Below are positions 35,954-48,000 of a stretch of 64,000 nt of DNA, piece by piece (the stretch's first letter is position 1; every line of letters begins with the position of its first letter). Below the pieces are notes generated by a model that was not told where the DNA came from, did no database searches, and worked only from the letters and a program-made list of their open reading frames with translations. Origin of the DNA: Amphiscolops sp. MND2022 (taxonomy: Eukaryota); contig OZ076409.1 in NCBI GenBank assembly GCA_964187785.1, forward strand, positions 35,156,001 to 35,220,000, read 5' to 3'. The translations under genes were made by a program, and so were the position numbers.

Positions 35954-38138
35954 CCATCCAGTGTTAGTTTTCCGAAATCCATTGGGAAATAATACATGTG
36001 TCGTTTCCATTTGAGGGTGAGGTTTGTAGAAAGATTTAGATAGGCGACGTTGTTTGTTTCATCTGTTATGAGTTGATTGAAAACATCGTCGTCGAGGAGG
36101 GGTTGTTTTCCAGGTGATGCACAGAAGAGGGTGTTTGTTATTTCTGACGTTGGTGTGTCGTCAGTTTGAGTTGTTGATGTGATTTGTTGGTTTGGGTGTT
36201 CAGTTTGATTTTCTTAGGGTTATTTAGGTGAAGAGTTTTGTTGTTGAGTTTCTCATTCGATTTCAGGTTCAAAAGCTTGTCGTAATATGTAGTTATCTGT
36301 GGCATCCTGGTATATTTCATACAGGTCCTCAGAAATGGTGGAAGGTGTTGGGGATTGTGGTTTGGTAGTCTTTAAGTTGTTTTCTAATAGAGTAATTTTA
36401 TGGGTTTTGGGCTCAGGAGGATGCTGTCAGTCATCTGCTGAGTTTTGTTTTTGTGGCGATTTCGGTGGAAGGCGTGGCTTTACTAGTTTAAATCCTTCGA
36501 GGTCGAAGGTTTTAGGTTTCGTGGGTTTATGGGTTTGTTGGATTTGTGTTTCCATCAATGAGTTTCTGTTGAGTGTCGGTAAGTGCCGACTTAGGTGGAA
36601 GGTTTTCCATATTTGCACCAAAGTAACAGTTCGGCTCTTCGTGATCAGGGGTGTTACAATGTGATTATCTCGGTGCATCTGCGTCTTTATCCATTTTCTG
36701 TCGTTCTGCAAGTTTGGGGCATTGTTTTGCTATATGTCCTTCTTCCTTGCAATATCAACAATGGTTACTTTGGAGAGTATTATTAGGAGCTGTTTTTGGA
36801 GTTTCTGTCTTTGGTTTTGTTGTTTGTGGAGTTGTGGTGTTTTTGATGTAGTTTGTTGTTTCACAACAGTCATTTGGGTTTTGACTAAAGGCTCATCTGC
36901 TTCAAGCCCGTTGACCTCCATTTCTCGTTCTAAGTGTTTGACGACTTTTTCGTACGTACCGTTTTCTAGGTACGCTTGGTTGATAGATTTTTTCAAGTGA
37001 GCGGGCATTTTGGCATATAACAGACTTTCAATCATCTGTGGTGCTGCTTGTCTAAACGCTTTTTCAGCGCTTTCTTGAAGGTCCTCGAGAAAATCAGCTA
37101 ACTTCTGATTTTCAGGTTGGAATATCAGTCTGTTGAATCTATGTTTTGCTGACGCACTAGATTCAGGTTTAACATATTAACTGCAGAAGACTACTAAGAC
37201 GTCTTCAAGGGTTGTTGCAGGAGTTCTTCGATTGTTTTCAGCGCTAATCCTCGGAGATGGGCGTGAAAGTGGTTTGTTTTTTTTCTTCCGTAAGGTGTGG
37301 TTGCATTTTAATGTGGTAGGAAAGAGGTCCTCGAAGTATTCAAACTTCTCATTTTTCACTAGTTTGCCATAGAAAGTAAGGGTGTTTTTTGAGTGAAAGA
37401 GGGAAGGTTCTGGGTTCTTTCGTGCTAGTATCTCGATTGCTTGGGAAATATAGCTTACGGGGTCTGACTGTTCATGATGTTCAAGAAAAGAATGGGTTGC
37501 GTGTTGTCCTTGTGTATCAGTAATGTTAGAGTTAGTGGAACTTGGTCTCAAGATAATCTTGGTAGGTCCTGTCACCATAAGATATTCGGCTTCCTGTCTG
37601 TTTTCGTTTATTATAACTGTATATTCTAAGGTCTCATTTGCAACTCCAAAAAGAGTTGACGGTTGTCTTAGTTCATCCATGTCTGAGGACGGAAGCGATT
37701 GTCCTGTATTCTATCTCTTTGGTTTTCAATGTTTGATGCGTGTTTTTTCTTGAGATGCTCGTTCCTCAAAATAGAAGTTCCAGGATCGCAGTTTTCATCG
37801 TCTTTTTCTCTATCACAGTTTTAGTTCGCTCTGATTTCTTTCAATATTTCCTCAAATATGCTGTTTAGATGTTTTTCGATCTGTGACATTTTCGTGTTAG
37901 TTTGTTCAGTCATTCTTTGTGAAATAATCTCTATCTCATTGTTGACTTGTGATAGTTCCGTTAATTCGCTACGTAGATTCCTATCAAAAACATTACCAGC
38001 TGTTTCGTTGTTACTTTAACTAAAAAGTTAGTTAAAGTCGCTTTACCCTTCCATGATGCTTGCGTCTGAGAGGTTTTCTTCTCCGTCTGGAGACCGAGAC
38101 GCAACTGTTCTTAGTCGTCTGCTTCTTTTGTTCCCCAT
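35935..38138 (-). pseudogene. Decayed gag-protease of element A
   Basis: Frameshifted pieces 37177-37680 and 36730-37035 (YAKMPAHLKKSINQAYLENGTYE). CCHC knuckle remnants C*YCKEEGHIAKQC (about 36720-36760) and *SHCNTPDHEEPNC (about 36625-36665). Protease lead-in KRHMYYFPMDFGKLTLDGQI and a degenerate D-T-G-A at about 35935-35950, where homology stops. Confidence 0.8.
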
Positions 38139-39418
38139 GATGAAAAGCAGTTTTAGGTGCGAAAACCTTTGATTTCAGAGATACTGCGAGAAATGAAATC
38201 GTTAGAGTTTTTTTACAGATAAGAAACTGCAAAATTTGGGAATTGTGGAATTATTTGACCAATTGAGTGACTGTATTGTGTGGATGATTTTTTCGAATGA
38301 TTGAGTGAATGCCTGATATAATGGGTCTCTTCTCAAATGTTCTCATTGGGTGTTGTTTTTAGTTGCATGACCGAACGTTTTTTTTACAAATCATCATAAT
38401 GTCATGTTTCTAGGGTCAGATATTAAAAATAATCCATTACATCAAGTCCCTAGAAGGTCTAAATATAGATCAGTAAGAAATGTAAATCACTGAGAATTGT
38501 TATGCAAATTATGCTGTCTATCATCATTATTCCGCATATGCTACTTCATGAAAACCGCATAATGCAGCATAATCTTGTAGCAACGCTGTACAAGTATTTA
38601 TGCTGTTTTCAAATTTGTCATCATGGTGTTTTCGCGATTTCCGCATATGCTGTATCAAGGTTGAAACGTCATGCTGTTTCTGCAGGATTTCCGCATATGC
38701 TGCTGCTGCAAGATTTCCGCATATGCTGTTCTCAGGTCAAATCATCAATCTGTTTTTATGGGATTTCCGCATATGATGTTTCCTGGTCTAAACGTCATGC
38801 TGTTCTTGTAGAATTGCCGTATATGTTGTTTTGATACTAATACCGCATAATACAGTATGAAGCATAAGCGTCAGTATATATGCACTCACTATGCTGTTTT
38901 ATCATTAATTCCGCATATACTGTATTATACAAACCGAATAAAGCAGTATAATTTGCGCCCGTAGTCACGGATGAATGTATTAATTCATCGTATTAAAGTC
39001 ACCGATGCTTTTTAATCAGATCATCATACTGTTTTCAACCAATATACGTACAGTTATGTTCTAAACGTCCTATATATGTTTAGATTCTCAAACATATTAT
39101 TGCTAGTAAAAACGGGGGTTCATTTCAGATCAGGTAACTAAAGTGGTACTCTTTTCGATTCGTTTATTTGATCAACGCATCTTTTGGGTGAAAGAAACCT
39201 CAGCATTAATTACCATTGTTTAGATGGACACAAAAATAAGTCAACAAAGACATCCTAAACGAACAGAATGACAAAACTGTTTTAAACTAAGCACAAAGTT
39301 TCAAATGATCATCACTTCCTCTTCTTCGTTTGATTTGTCGAAACTGCTGGTAGCGGGTGGCGTTGTCTGCTTCATCGGTGTTGCACCCCGGACATATCGC
39401 ACGGGTAGGCCTGTGACA
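37578..39418 (-). repeat. 5' LTR of element A (1841 bp)
   Basis: Begins TGTCACAGGCC on -; colinear with 30852-32670; its inner end is mutated (TAAGATATTCGGC versus TGTGATAATCGGC on +). Confidence 0.88.
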
Positions 39419-40049
39419 TCAAGGTACTTCGTTGCTGAGTTCGGAATTTTGAGGTCCGGTAACCGTGAGAGTTTGAGGCGAAGGCTTTTGGAGTTGACTT
39501 CGACAGTGGTCATGTCGAGCTTCCGCGCGCTGTCTCAGAGTCTCGAATTTTGCTAAACTTATTCCTAATTTCAACGGTTACTGTGCCGAACAAGACTAGA
39601 CGTACACCAGCGCATGGGTATTTTTCCACGTCTGGTGGAAAGTTGCGGTACCGACTCGGTGATACAGGCCAATTGAAACAACTAAAATATCCGCTATTCC
39701 TGGTAAGACATCGTTTTAAAAAATAGATCCGCTGACAAGCGAGACTTTTTCTGCCCCAAACTGTCTACAACGTCATATATTTGAGGCTCACGAGCAACCA
39801 GTGCACTATGAAAACGCAAAGATGTACAAAAAGTTTATTTGATTCACAGCCCATTTTTAAAGGAAACACCTAAATCAAAAATTCTCAAAAGACAGAGTAC
39901 CTAATTGTTTTGTTGTTGAACTATGTGGATACTGCACCTATCATACCAAACTTTTATATTTATGCATAAAATGTTATATTGGTATATTTCGATTTTTTCG
40001 ACAAATTTGGGGGGAACTTTTCTAATTACAAAATTGAGGAACTTTTTTA

Positions 40050-42240
40050 ACATTTTCTCTACATATGTCTCTTCTAAATTGCCTCATGGATAGCGAGTCC
40101 TTGTCCATCGGTTACACCATTCTAATTCACAAAAACTCGAAACGTTTACAATAAATTGCACGAAAACGTCGAAAATTTTTTGATTTTTGGTCATTTTGTG
40201 ATCTTTTCTTCCCCTACGTGAAACTGCAAAATATGTACCTTTGGCGTAGTACATTGCTAGTGCTTTCACTTTGTGCTTTTAGATTACTAAATATTTGACG
40301 AATGATGTCGAAAAAGTAATTTTATGTTTTCGAGTAAAGTTTTTTAAAATCTTTGGCCAAAAAACATGTTCAGTATCTATTTGATAAACTACCGGTAGCA
40401 ACATGTTTCAATCTTGAGCCTATGGACTTTCTAGTTTGAAAAACATTCGGAAATGCTCCAAATTTGCGACTATGTTGTCGCAAATTGAGAAATGTTTAGT
40501 TTTTGAAACTTTTGTTTTCAAATTCGGAGCTTTTTATATTTCTTTTTTTTTGCGTTGTGGATACCCTCTGTTTCAAGTCATTGGAAGTTGTTATACCAAA
40601 AATTCTGTGGATTGAACAAAAATGGGGATTACTTTGTCAAATATGCTTTTTTGTCATTTTTCGAACTTTTAGCTGTTTCTGAGGACAATTCAAACAAAAC
40701 ATGCTGTTATATCTTCAGAAACGCTTACTGGATACCGGACTTGGCTCAGTCGTTGCTTACTTTTTAAAACCATATATGAACGGAATTGCTCAAATTTTTT
40801 ACAAAAAACTGCAAGAAAAGTCATAAACTTGAAAACTCGCTTATTTTGGGTCATTCTGAGCTAGTTTTCTACCAATGAAAACTGCAAAAGCTGAGAACCT
40901 GAACATATCCTTTGTATTTTCCTATTTTATTTCACCAGATGTTTCTAATCGCGAAAAGAAAATCACAAAGTGTCAAAAACCTTCAAAATATTTGACAATT
41001 TCTGAGTTTTTGCGGCCAATTTAGGGCCTTTTCCATCAAACGTCTGCAAATATATTTTGAACTGGACAACGAATACTTCCTTTTGAACAATTTCAACATT
41101 CTATTCCCCCAAATGTATCAAAATTTGACAAAAATTGAAAAGTTGAAAACAGAAAAATTTTAAATTTTTAACTTTTTTTGGTGTCAATTTGAGGCCTTTT
41201 TCATTTAATAAATTGCAGTTATTTCCTTACTAAGATCACTGTACAACTTAGTTTTTCCTTGTTGACCCTTTTCAACATTCTAATGGGGATTTCTAGGGGT
41301 CAACCCTTGGTCTTGGGGTCAATCAAAAAATCTAAAAATTTTTTCAAATGCATACCGCATGGTACTAATTTTTCATCTGTTGAATTCTTCAGGTGAAACC
41401 CTTCAACTTCGATAAAAATTTGGAACTTAGCACTTTAAAAAACCCTTTTGATTTAAATATTTTACTTTTTCAAAATGGAATTTGGACGAACGTGTCAGTT
41501 TGAGGTATTTTTCTATTAGAAAACTGAAATTATCTCTTCAGAAAATCCTATTGGAAAACAATTTTCTCCACTGTTGCCCTTTTCATCATTCTAATCTACG
41601 AAGTCAATCGAAGATTCGACAAAAATGCATAAAAATTTTGAAAATTAGGAAACCGGATTTTTGATCATTTTTGGTGTCAGTTTGAGGCATTTTTTGAACA
41701 ACTGCACTTATCTCTTCGCAAATGACTACTGGACGAAAGCTCTGCTTGTTGAATGTTGTCAACATTTTATTCCACGAAGTCCATTTAAATTTGGACAAAT
41801 TTATTTAAAATTGTTGAAATTTTTGTACTTTGTCAGTTCCGGTGTCAAATCCGGCTGCTTGATCCCACTCTCTCCGTATTGACTCTTTTCATTGTTCTAA
41901 TCCACGAAGTCTATCGAAAAGTTGTTGAAAATTGCATGCAAACTTTGAAATATTGAAAAATGGTATTTTGTTATATTCGATGCCAGTTTGAGATTTTTCA
42001 ATTAAAAAACTGCAATTTTCTTCAGAAAACACTACTGCACAGCAAATTCTTGCCTTGTTGAACGTTTTCATCGTTCTAGTGCACGAAGTCTAACGAAAAT
42101 TTATTAAAACGGCATGAAAACTTTTAAAATTGTGAAACTTTGAAATATAGGTTATTTTTGGCCATACCCAAAAAATCCTAACATCTCTACAACTACATAT
42201 CGCACGAAGCTAAATTTCATGAGTTGAACTCCCTTTAATT
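40050..42240. repeat. Old composite repeat with degenerate tandem units (TTTCAACATTCTAATCCACGAAGTCTATCGAAA core)
   Basis: The core recurs at about 41090, 41270, 41580, 41760, 41890 and 42070 (about 130-310 bp apart); the reverse complement recurs at 58200-59960. Confidence 0.65.
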
Positions 42241-44744
42241 TGAATATAACTCTGGAACATGGTAAATATTGTGAAAAAGGCGGCTGATTTGAATTTTTCT
42301 TTCTCAGATGGGATATTGGAGGATAATAACAAAGAGAGATTCACAATTCAGTGTCAAGAACCGGAGGCTTCTTGCTCAAGGACAAGGTGTAGGCAAATGT
42401 ATCGGAAGCTCATTTCTAAGATACACATGAAAGAAAAAAATCGTAAGCCAAACGTTTTAATGACGCGGGAGAGCAGGACCGTTAAGAGAGATTTGTATGT
42501 TACAGAAAATCTGTCTTTCAAAAAGACCCCTGCGGGGCACAGTATTATTTCTGCTTTTAGGCTTTTACCTTCAATAATAGAAGCATATCTTAATCATTTA
42601 CAGCGCACAATTAATCACTCTACCAGTTTACACCGCCTTTAATTCTTCTCGGACTGAAAAATATAACTACTGAGCGTAGACGAAGTTTCGTATTCGAATT
42701 TGAATGCAGGCGAAGCTCTCGGCGAACGAATAATTGACACTCGTTCGCTTCATCTCAATTACTCGGCCTATGAATGCATAACTACCACTCGCTCGTTCCA
42801 TCGCACCAAAAACGAATTGTTGTCGGCAGCTTGAGAAATTTAAACATCACGCTTATACTCACTGCTTTTGATTTCTCAATGCCGAAATAATTCACAGAGT
42901 GAGCTGCTAAGAGAGTTCGATAAGTAAATAATAGAAGGTCGAAATCGCTTTAGCATTGTCAAAATCATGTCTGATGGTTTAGCTCGATTGTACAGGAAAC
43001 TCGTAGTTTCCAACAAAGCTCAACAATGCATTCATTTTAACCCGGAAACGATATTAGAGGCAATGCATGATTGAATTTTGCGGTATGTTCAAAATTTCAA
43101 CATTTCATGTTGACAGGGTCAGGCTAGTTATATCGAATTTGAGCCCTCAATAATGCGATAACTGTTTCCGGGACTCTTATTATTCAAGTCAATTATTATT
43201 TGAATGAAACTCGAAAGTCGTCATACCCAAATGATTTTCTGTCGAAAATTGACGTCATTGTTATTTTGACCACGGAATTTTCATTGTGACATCAACTATC
43301 TTAAAGAATGCTCTAAACGTTCAATATTATTGCGTTTCACATAGATCAAGACTTCATGATATGTAACAAACTCTTGCTATATAAACATTTAAACATTAAG
43401 AAATTTGAATTGAAAAATTTTTATCCAAAGCAGAAGCTAGTTTCGAGAGATTTAAAATGAAATTGAATGTACTCTAAAATTTTTTCATCTCGAAGCATGT
43501 CATACCAGCTTTTTTAATGAACTGAAAACTAACTTGAAACTTCACGCGCCCAAACTAGTAACAATGATAACACGAGTAGGTAAGGTATTGCAGACAAGTG
43601 TCGTTATGCATAACATCGTAGTAAGAATGTAGCAATCATGATTCATGACCAAGAACTTTTAACCCAAAGATAATAAATACTTTGAGATCGAATATAGTTA
43701 CTTGTCTGCAAACAACTTACTGAACTAAAATTTTTGGATTGATTATTGTCACGACACAATGAGCAGATAGAAGACAAAGAGAAAGGGTTTCTAGTTTGTA
43801 GAACCAAATTCAAAAACTAAAGATGGTCATTTTCGCCCAATAATGGTGAGCTGTTAAAACGCTTATTCCCAAAATGAATACGAACTGAAACGCTTGACAT
43901 GCAATATTTCAAGAATTCAACAGTTCATTTTCATGTCTTTGGAACATCGCAAATTAACGACAAAACCATTTAAAGCAATCTGTATATTTTTTAAGCATTT
44001 GAGACATCTGAAAGGATATTTGAGCACCGTCTATGAAATTTGAGGTGATTTTCTGAAAAGTATATCCAATTTTTTACCGCTTCGCTCATTTCACAAACTC
44101 CGGATATAATTTCGAACGGTTTTCGATGTTATAAATATTCAGGAAGGGCGGATTTTTGTTCATCATTGGCGGAAAAAATTGGATGATTTGGTATGGGATA
44201 AACTAATGCACTGTATTTATAGATGTTGTAAACGATCTACACTCTACTTGCAACTAAGAGGTAAGGTAAGAGCTGGCTGAAATTGTAATTGAAATTTACT
44301 CATTTATAGATATTGCTAATTTATATAACATTTAGGGTCATGAAGAGAAGGGGAGAAATAGCGAGGATGTGATTCGTAGAAATTTGTATTACATCGAATG
44401 AGCGCATGTACATGTTCTAAACTTCTATAATTAATTCAATTGAACGAGGCACACGTACAAAATTTGAAAGAATATCAAATGAAATTGCAAAATCAAAAGT
44501 AGGTTTTTTACATAACAATAATTAACGACAGTTAACCACGCACGATTCTATCAGCAATCTCACATTCGTTGATACTGCTTGATTTTTTTCTCCTATTCTA
44601 ACCCCGTCACACTAGCAATTATTCCACTAGTCTTCTCGGGATTCGAGGGGGACGAATTCCTCAAGACGAATGTGGCCGAAAGGAAGTAGACAGAACAGAA
44701 CGTAGCGTGATAGTAAGTTTCAGGACATTAGAGAAAGTGTTGCA

Positions 44745-45049
44745 TTATACTGAAGTATTCAAATCCGTGGGTGGTTCCATGGCCGCCCGGCCGTAAGCAT
44801 CCAAGAAGGAGCCGTCTTCGTTGAAACCGTCCAACATTTCCTCGTCGTCGTCAAAGCTATTGTCATCCAGGGTCATTCTAGAGCCCCCTGGGCGAGGGGT
44901 GTTGGGCATGAGGGGCGTGCGAGGACACGTGTCCCACATGGGATGCTTGCCGAAGAAGTCTGGGTGGTACTCCTCGAAGCGGTCCGTATCATCTTTTCGA
45001 GGCCAGGTCTCCGCGTCTTTCGGGCGGTACTTGTTTTCTTGCTCGCGCA
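44745..45049 (-). CDS. L1-like gene last exon: cytoplasmic domain
   Basis: TTTTGCAG acceptor; VREQENKYRP...DRFEEY...DGFNEDGSFLDAYG...LNTSV then TAA. Confidence 0.92.
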
Positions 45050-48000
45050 CTGCAAAACAAATGTTTAAATCAAAAACAACTGATATATAAGACTCTCACA
45101 CCACTAGCTTGATTCCAGATATTGATATCTTTCGATCAAATCACGGTTGCTGAAATCAAATCACGACTCTTCAAAGCTTAAAATATAGCAAAACTAAGGT
45201 CATGGGAGTCAAAAGTTGATTGGCTTTGAAAATTTCAAAAGTGGTTCGTTCCACCATTAGCAGAATAAAATTGGCATTAATCGACTTAAGATGCAATCAG
45301 ACAACGTTGTATAAAGATTCGGCTCATTTGTCAAAAGGCTTTTGGCTTTTCTGGCATTGCCGGGCTTCCGAATTTGAGATCATACATATGTAGATAGTTT
45401 CAGCAGCAGATAAAGTTGTGGTTCAACGTACCTCTGTAAGGGTGGCTCCTGTTTTTCCTCCAGTAAAAGACTCCCAGCACAGCAATGACTAGAAGGAGCA
45501 CCAGGGCGAAGAGCGCGATGAACAGAGGCACATTTGCAGCGGTGACCACACCTTCTACTTGCTTCTCAGCTGCAACAAAACCACACGTCTTCAGTATCAT
45601 TGGGACAACTCACCCATATAAACAAAACCACTTTTTCACTCAATCATGAATTACTTGATATATACACATGTACTCACGAGCAGAAAATATCATGATCCAA
45701 TTAGTTATGAACAATAAATAATATCAAATTTTCAATTTTTCAGAACTTGAAAAAGGTATTTGATTAACACTAGCAGGTTAGGGTTCTAGAACATTACGCA
45801 CTATTTGAAAGTTTGTTGTATGTATAATTATTGGGCGTAATGTCCGGACACCGCAAGTTAGATCACCGAATTTAAACTAAAAACAATATACCACGAACAA
45901 ATGTATTGAAAGACGACGTTTCCTTCCAAAAACATTAGCAAAGCAGCTGAGCCAGAAAACACCAAAAACCGACGTGATCCCTGCAAACCTGACCTGGAGG
46001 CGTGGTAAGTTGGTGCGTTCCGTTGATCAGTTGCGTAAAAGTGACTGCATCAGAAGTCCGATCGGCCATTGATAGGCGAATAAATTAAAATAAGGGATGA
46101 CAATGGAAAGCATGGATGACCATTCTAATTAGAGAAATGTTTACAGCAGCAGTCACTTCTAATTAAACAAATTCGTGGTAAGAGATGCATTCCCTCTGCC
46201 AGAGGGACGGAACCACGTCCTATATGTCTAGGGAAGCTGTTGACAGTAGAAATAACACTGCAACATCGCTCCTCAGTGGCGGAAAAAGGATCGTTCGATA
46301 AGACCACAAATTGTCCTTCGTGTTCTTTCTTAATTGTCTTGCACTTTCTTGCTTCTTCGATTCGTATAGCAAGCACAGCATGTTTCGAACGTCAAATAGC
46401 ACTGCCATACCAATAAATTACATAGAGGTTGCATGGCGTGAGCTCCCTGAACTTTGCATGTGCATCCGCGTTGAGTAATTCTATTTTTAATACAAACAAT
46501 AGCTAGAACGTTGCATAAAAAACGTTCACGCCAAAAAACCTTTCAAACTGTTAGCCATAGATTTTCATTTATATCAGAACGCAGCATAACGTAAATTGGC
46601 TTTACGCAGTTTTCAACCACCTTACTCCGAATGGAAGTAGTTTATCATGCAATTTTTCATGGTTTTCCTTAAACAAACTGTCCTCGGTGATTTATAGCAT
46701 ACAGCCCCCGATTGAAACATTTTAACCGGCTAAGCAAAAAAGCGGAGAGCTAGATTTTTTAATGATGGAAAAAAGTGCTGATTAAGTAAGAAGTTCCAGC
46801 ACCTTGGTCATATTTTCAAGTTGAAAATTTGCAGAGATTCAGTGATTTTGAGAAAATTATGGTGATTTTTAGTTGAATGGTTTGAAATGTGTTTGTTCGA
46901 AATCACTTTTAATTGGATTATAAATTAGATATCAATTAACCAATCAATCGGCCATTTTCAACTATTAATATAAAACTTGAACTAGTCCAGGCTCTATTAT
47001 AAAAGGTTTCTAGCGCATAAAACATTGCAATGATTCAATCTTTTCCGTTTTCACCACTTCCACCGGGAAACACGGTGAGGTCACAGTGTAGAAACGTTCT
47101 GCAAAGGCTTTACAAAGATGAACACAGAGGCGAAGCGGTGCTTCGCAACACATGACGAAGACATCGATTATTTTAATATGCGTATATACAGTACTGTGAT
47201 TAAGAAAACGTCCCCCGAGCGATTTTAGGCCCGATTTTCTCGAAATTGGTTGAGAATTTTGAAAAACATCAGAGATAAAAGTTTATTAGAATTTCATCTA
47301 GTTTATATTAGTGTTTTTTTAATTTTTCTGGGACAAAAATTGAGAAAGTTACAAATGGCTGATTTTGAACAAATTTGGTACTTTTTTCCGTTTTTATAAT
47401 TTTTGACCGTTTTATCCACAGTTTTTTCGGCAAGTTTTATGCTCAAATAACTCCCTCAAATCTACTGAATAAATTGATGCATTTTGATTTCAAAATAGAT
47501 CAACCGTTTCCGAAGTATCAGGCTCAAAAGGTAAAATTTCCTAAATTTACGTGAAATTCACTTGATGCGCCAATCAGAATTGAAAGTGAGAGCAAATAAA
47601 CAATTTTGATTGACTGAGAACGTCATAGGGGGACGATTTCTTAATCACAGTACTGTATATTATTTTAATCGCATGCGTATATATTCAACAGTTCAACTTT
47701 GTTTAATAACGTTCCTATGGCACCACAGTGGTCAACACTTATGCCGTGCAATCGGGAGGCTGCAGGTTCGAATCTCTCTGGGGTTTTGGCTTTTTTCTAA
47801 AAGGCGCTCATTATGAAGTTGACTATAGTGGAAAAAAACTTACTTAGCTGGACTGCAATGCACATTGACTTCGTCATGTGCAAAAAGTCAGACATAAAAT
47901 TTGTAAAGAATTTGTAGAGATAAATTACGTCAAACGATTCAGCTCAAACGGAATCAACAGTCAATGAGGTTGAGTGATCTCAAGCGAATTGCGACTCGGT

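Larger units (their letters stand above)
30852..39418 (-). mobile_element. Ty3/Gypsy-type LTR retrotransposon A, internally deleted (RT/RNaseH/IN not seen)
   Basis: Direct repeats 30852-32670 and 37578-39418 with TGT...ACA termini; identical 5-bp TSD TCAAG at 30847-30851 and 39419-39423; PBS-like TGGTGACAGG right after the 5' LTR; gag with zinc knuckles and the start of a protease. Confidence 0.9.
30297..39666 (-). mobile_element. Probable 5' LTR of element B (about 0.8 kb: 30297-30851 plus 39424-39666), split by insertion of element A
   Basis: TG at 30297 about 100 nt from the gag-B ATG and ...GGTGATACA at 39666; the A-element TSD sits between them. No second copy of this LTR was found in the window. 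Confidence 0.45.

Noticed and set aside
42259..42642. 127-aa ORF
   Set aside because: No recognisable motif and no linked exons; possibly a TE relic.
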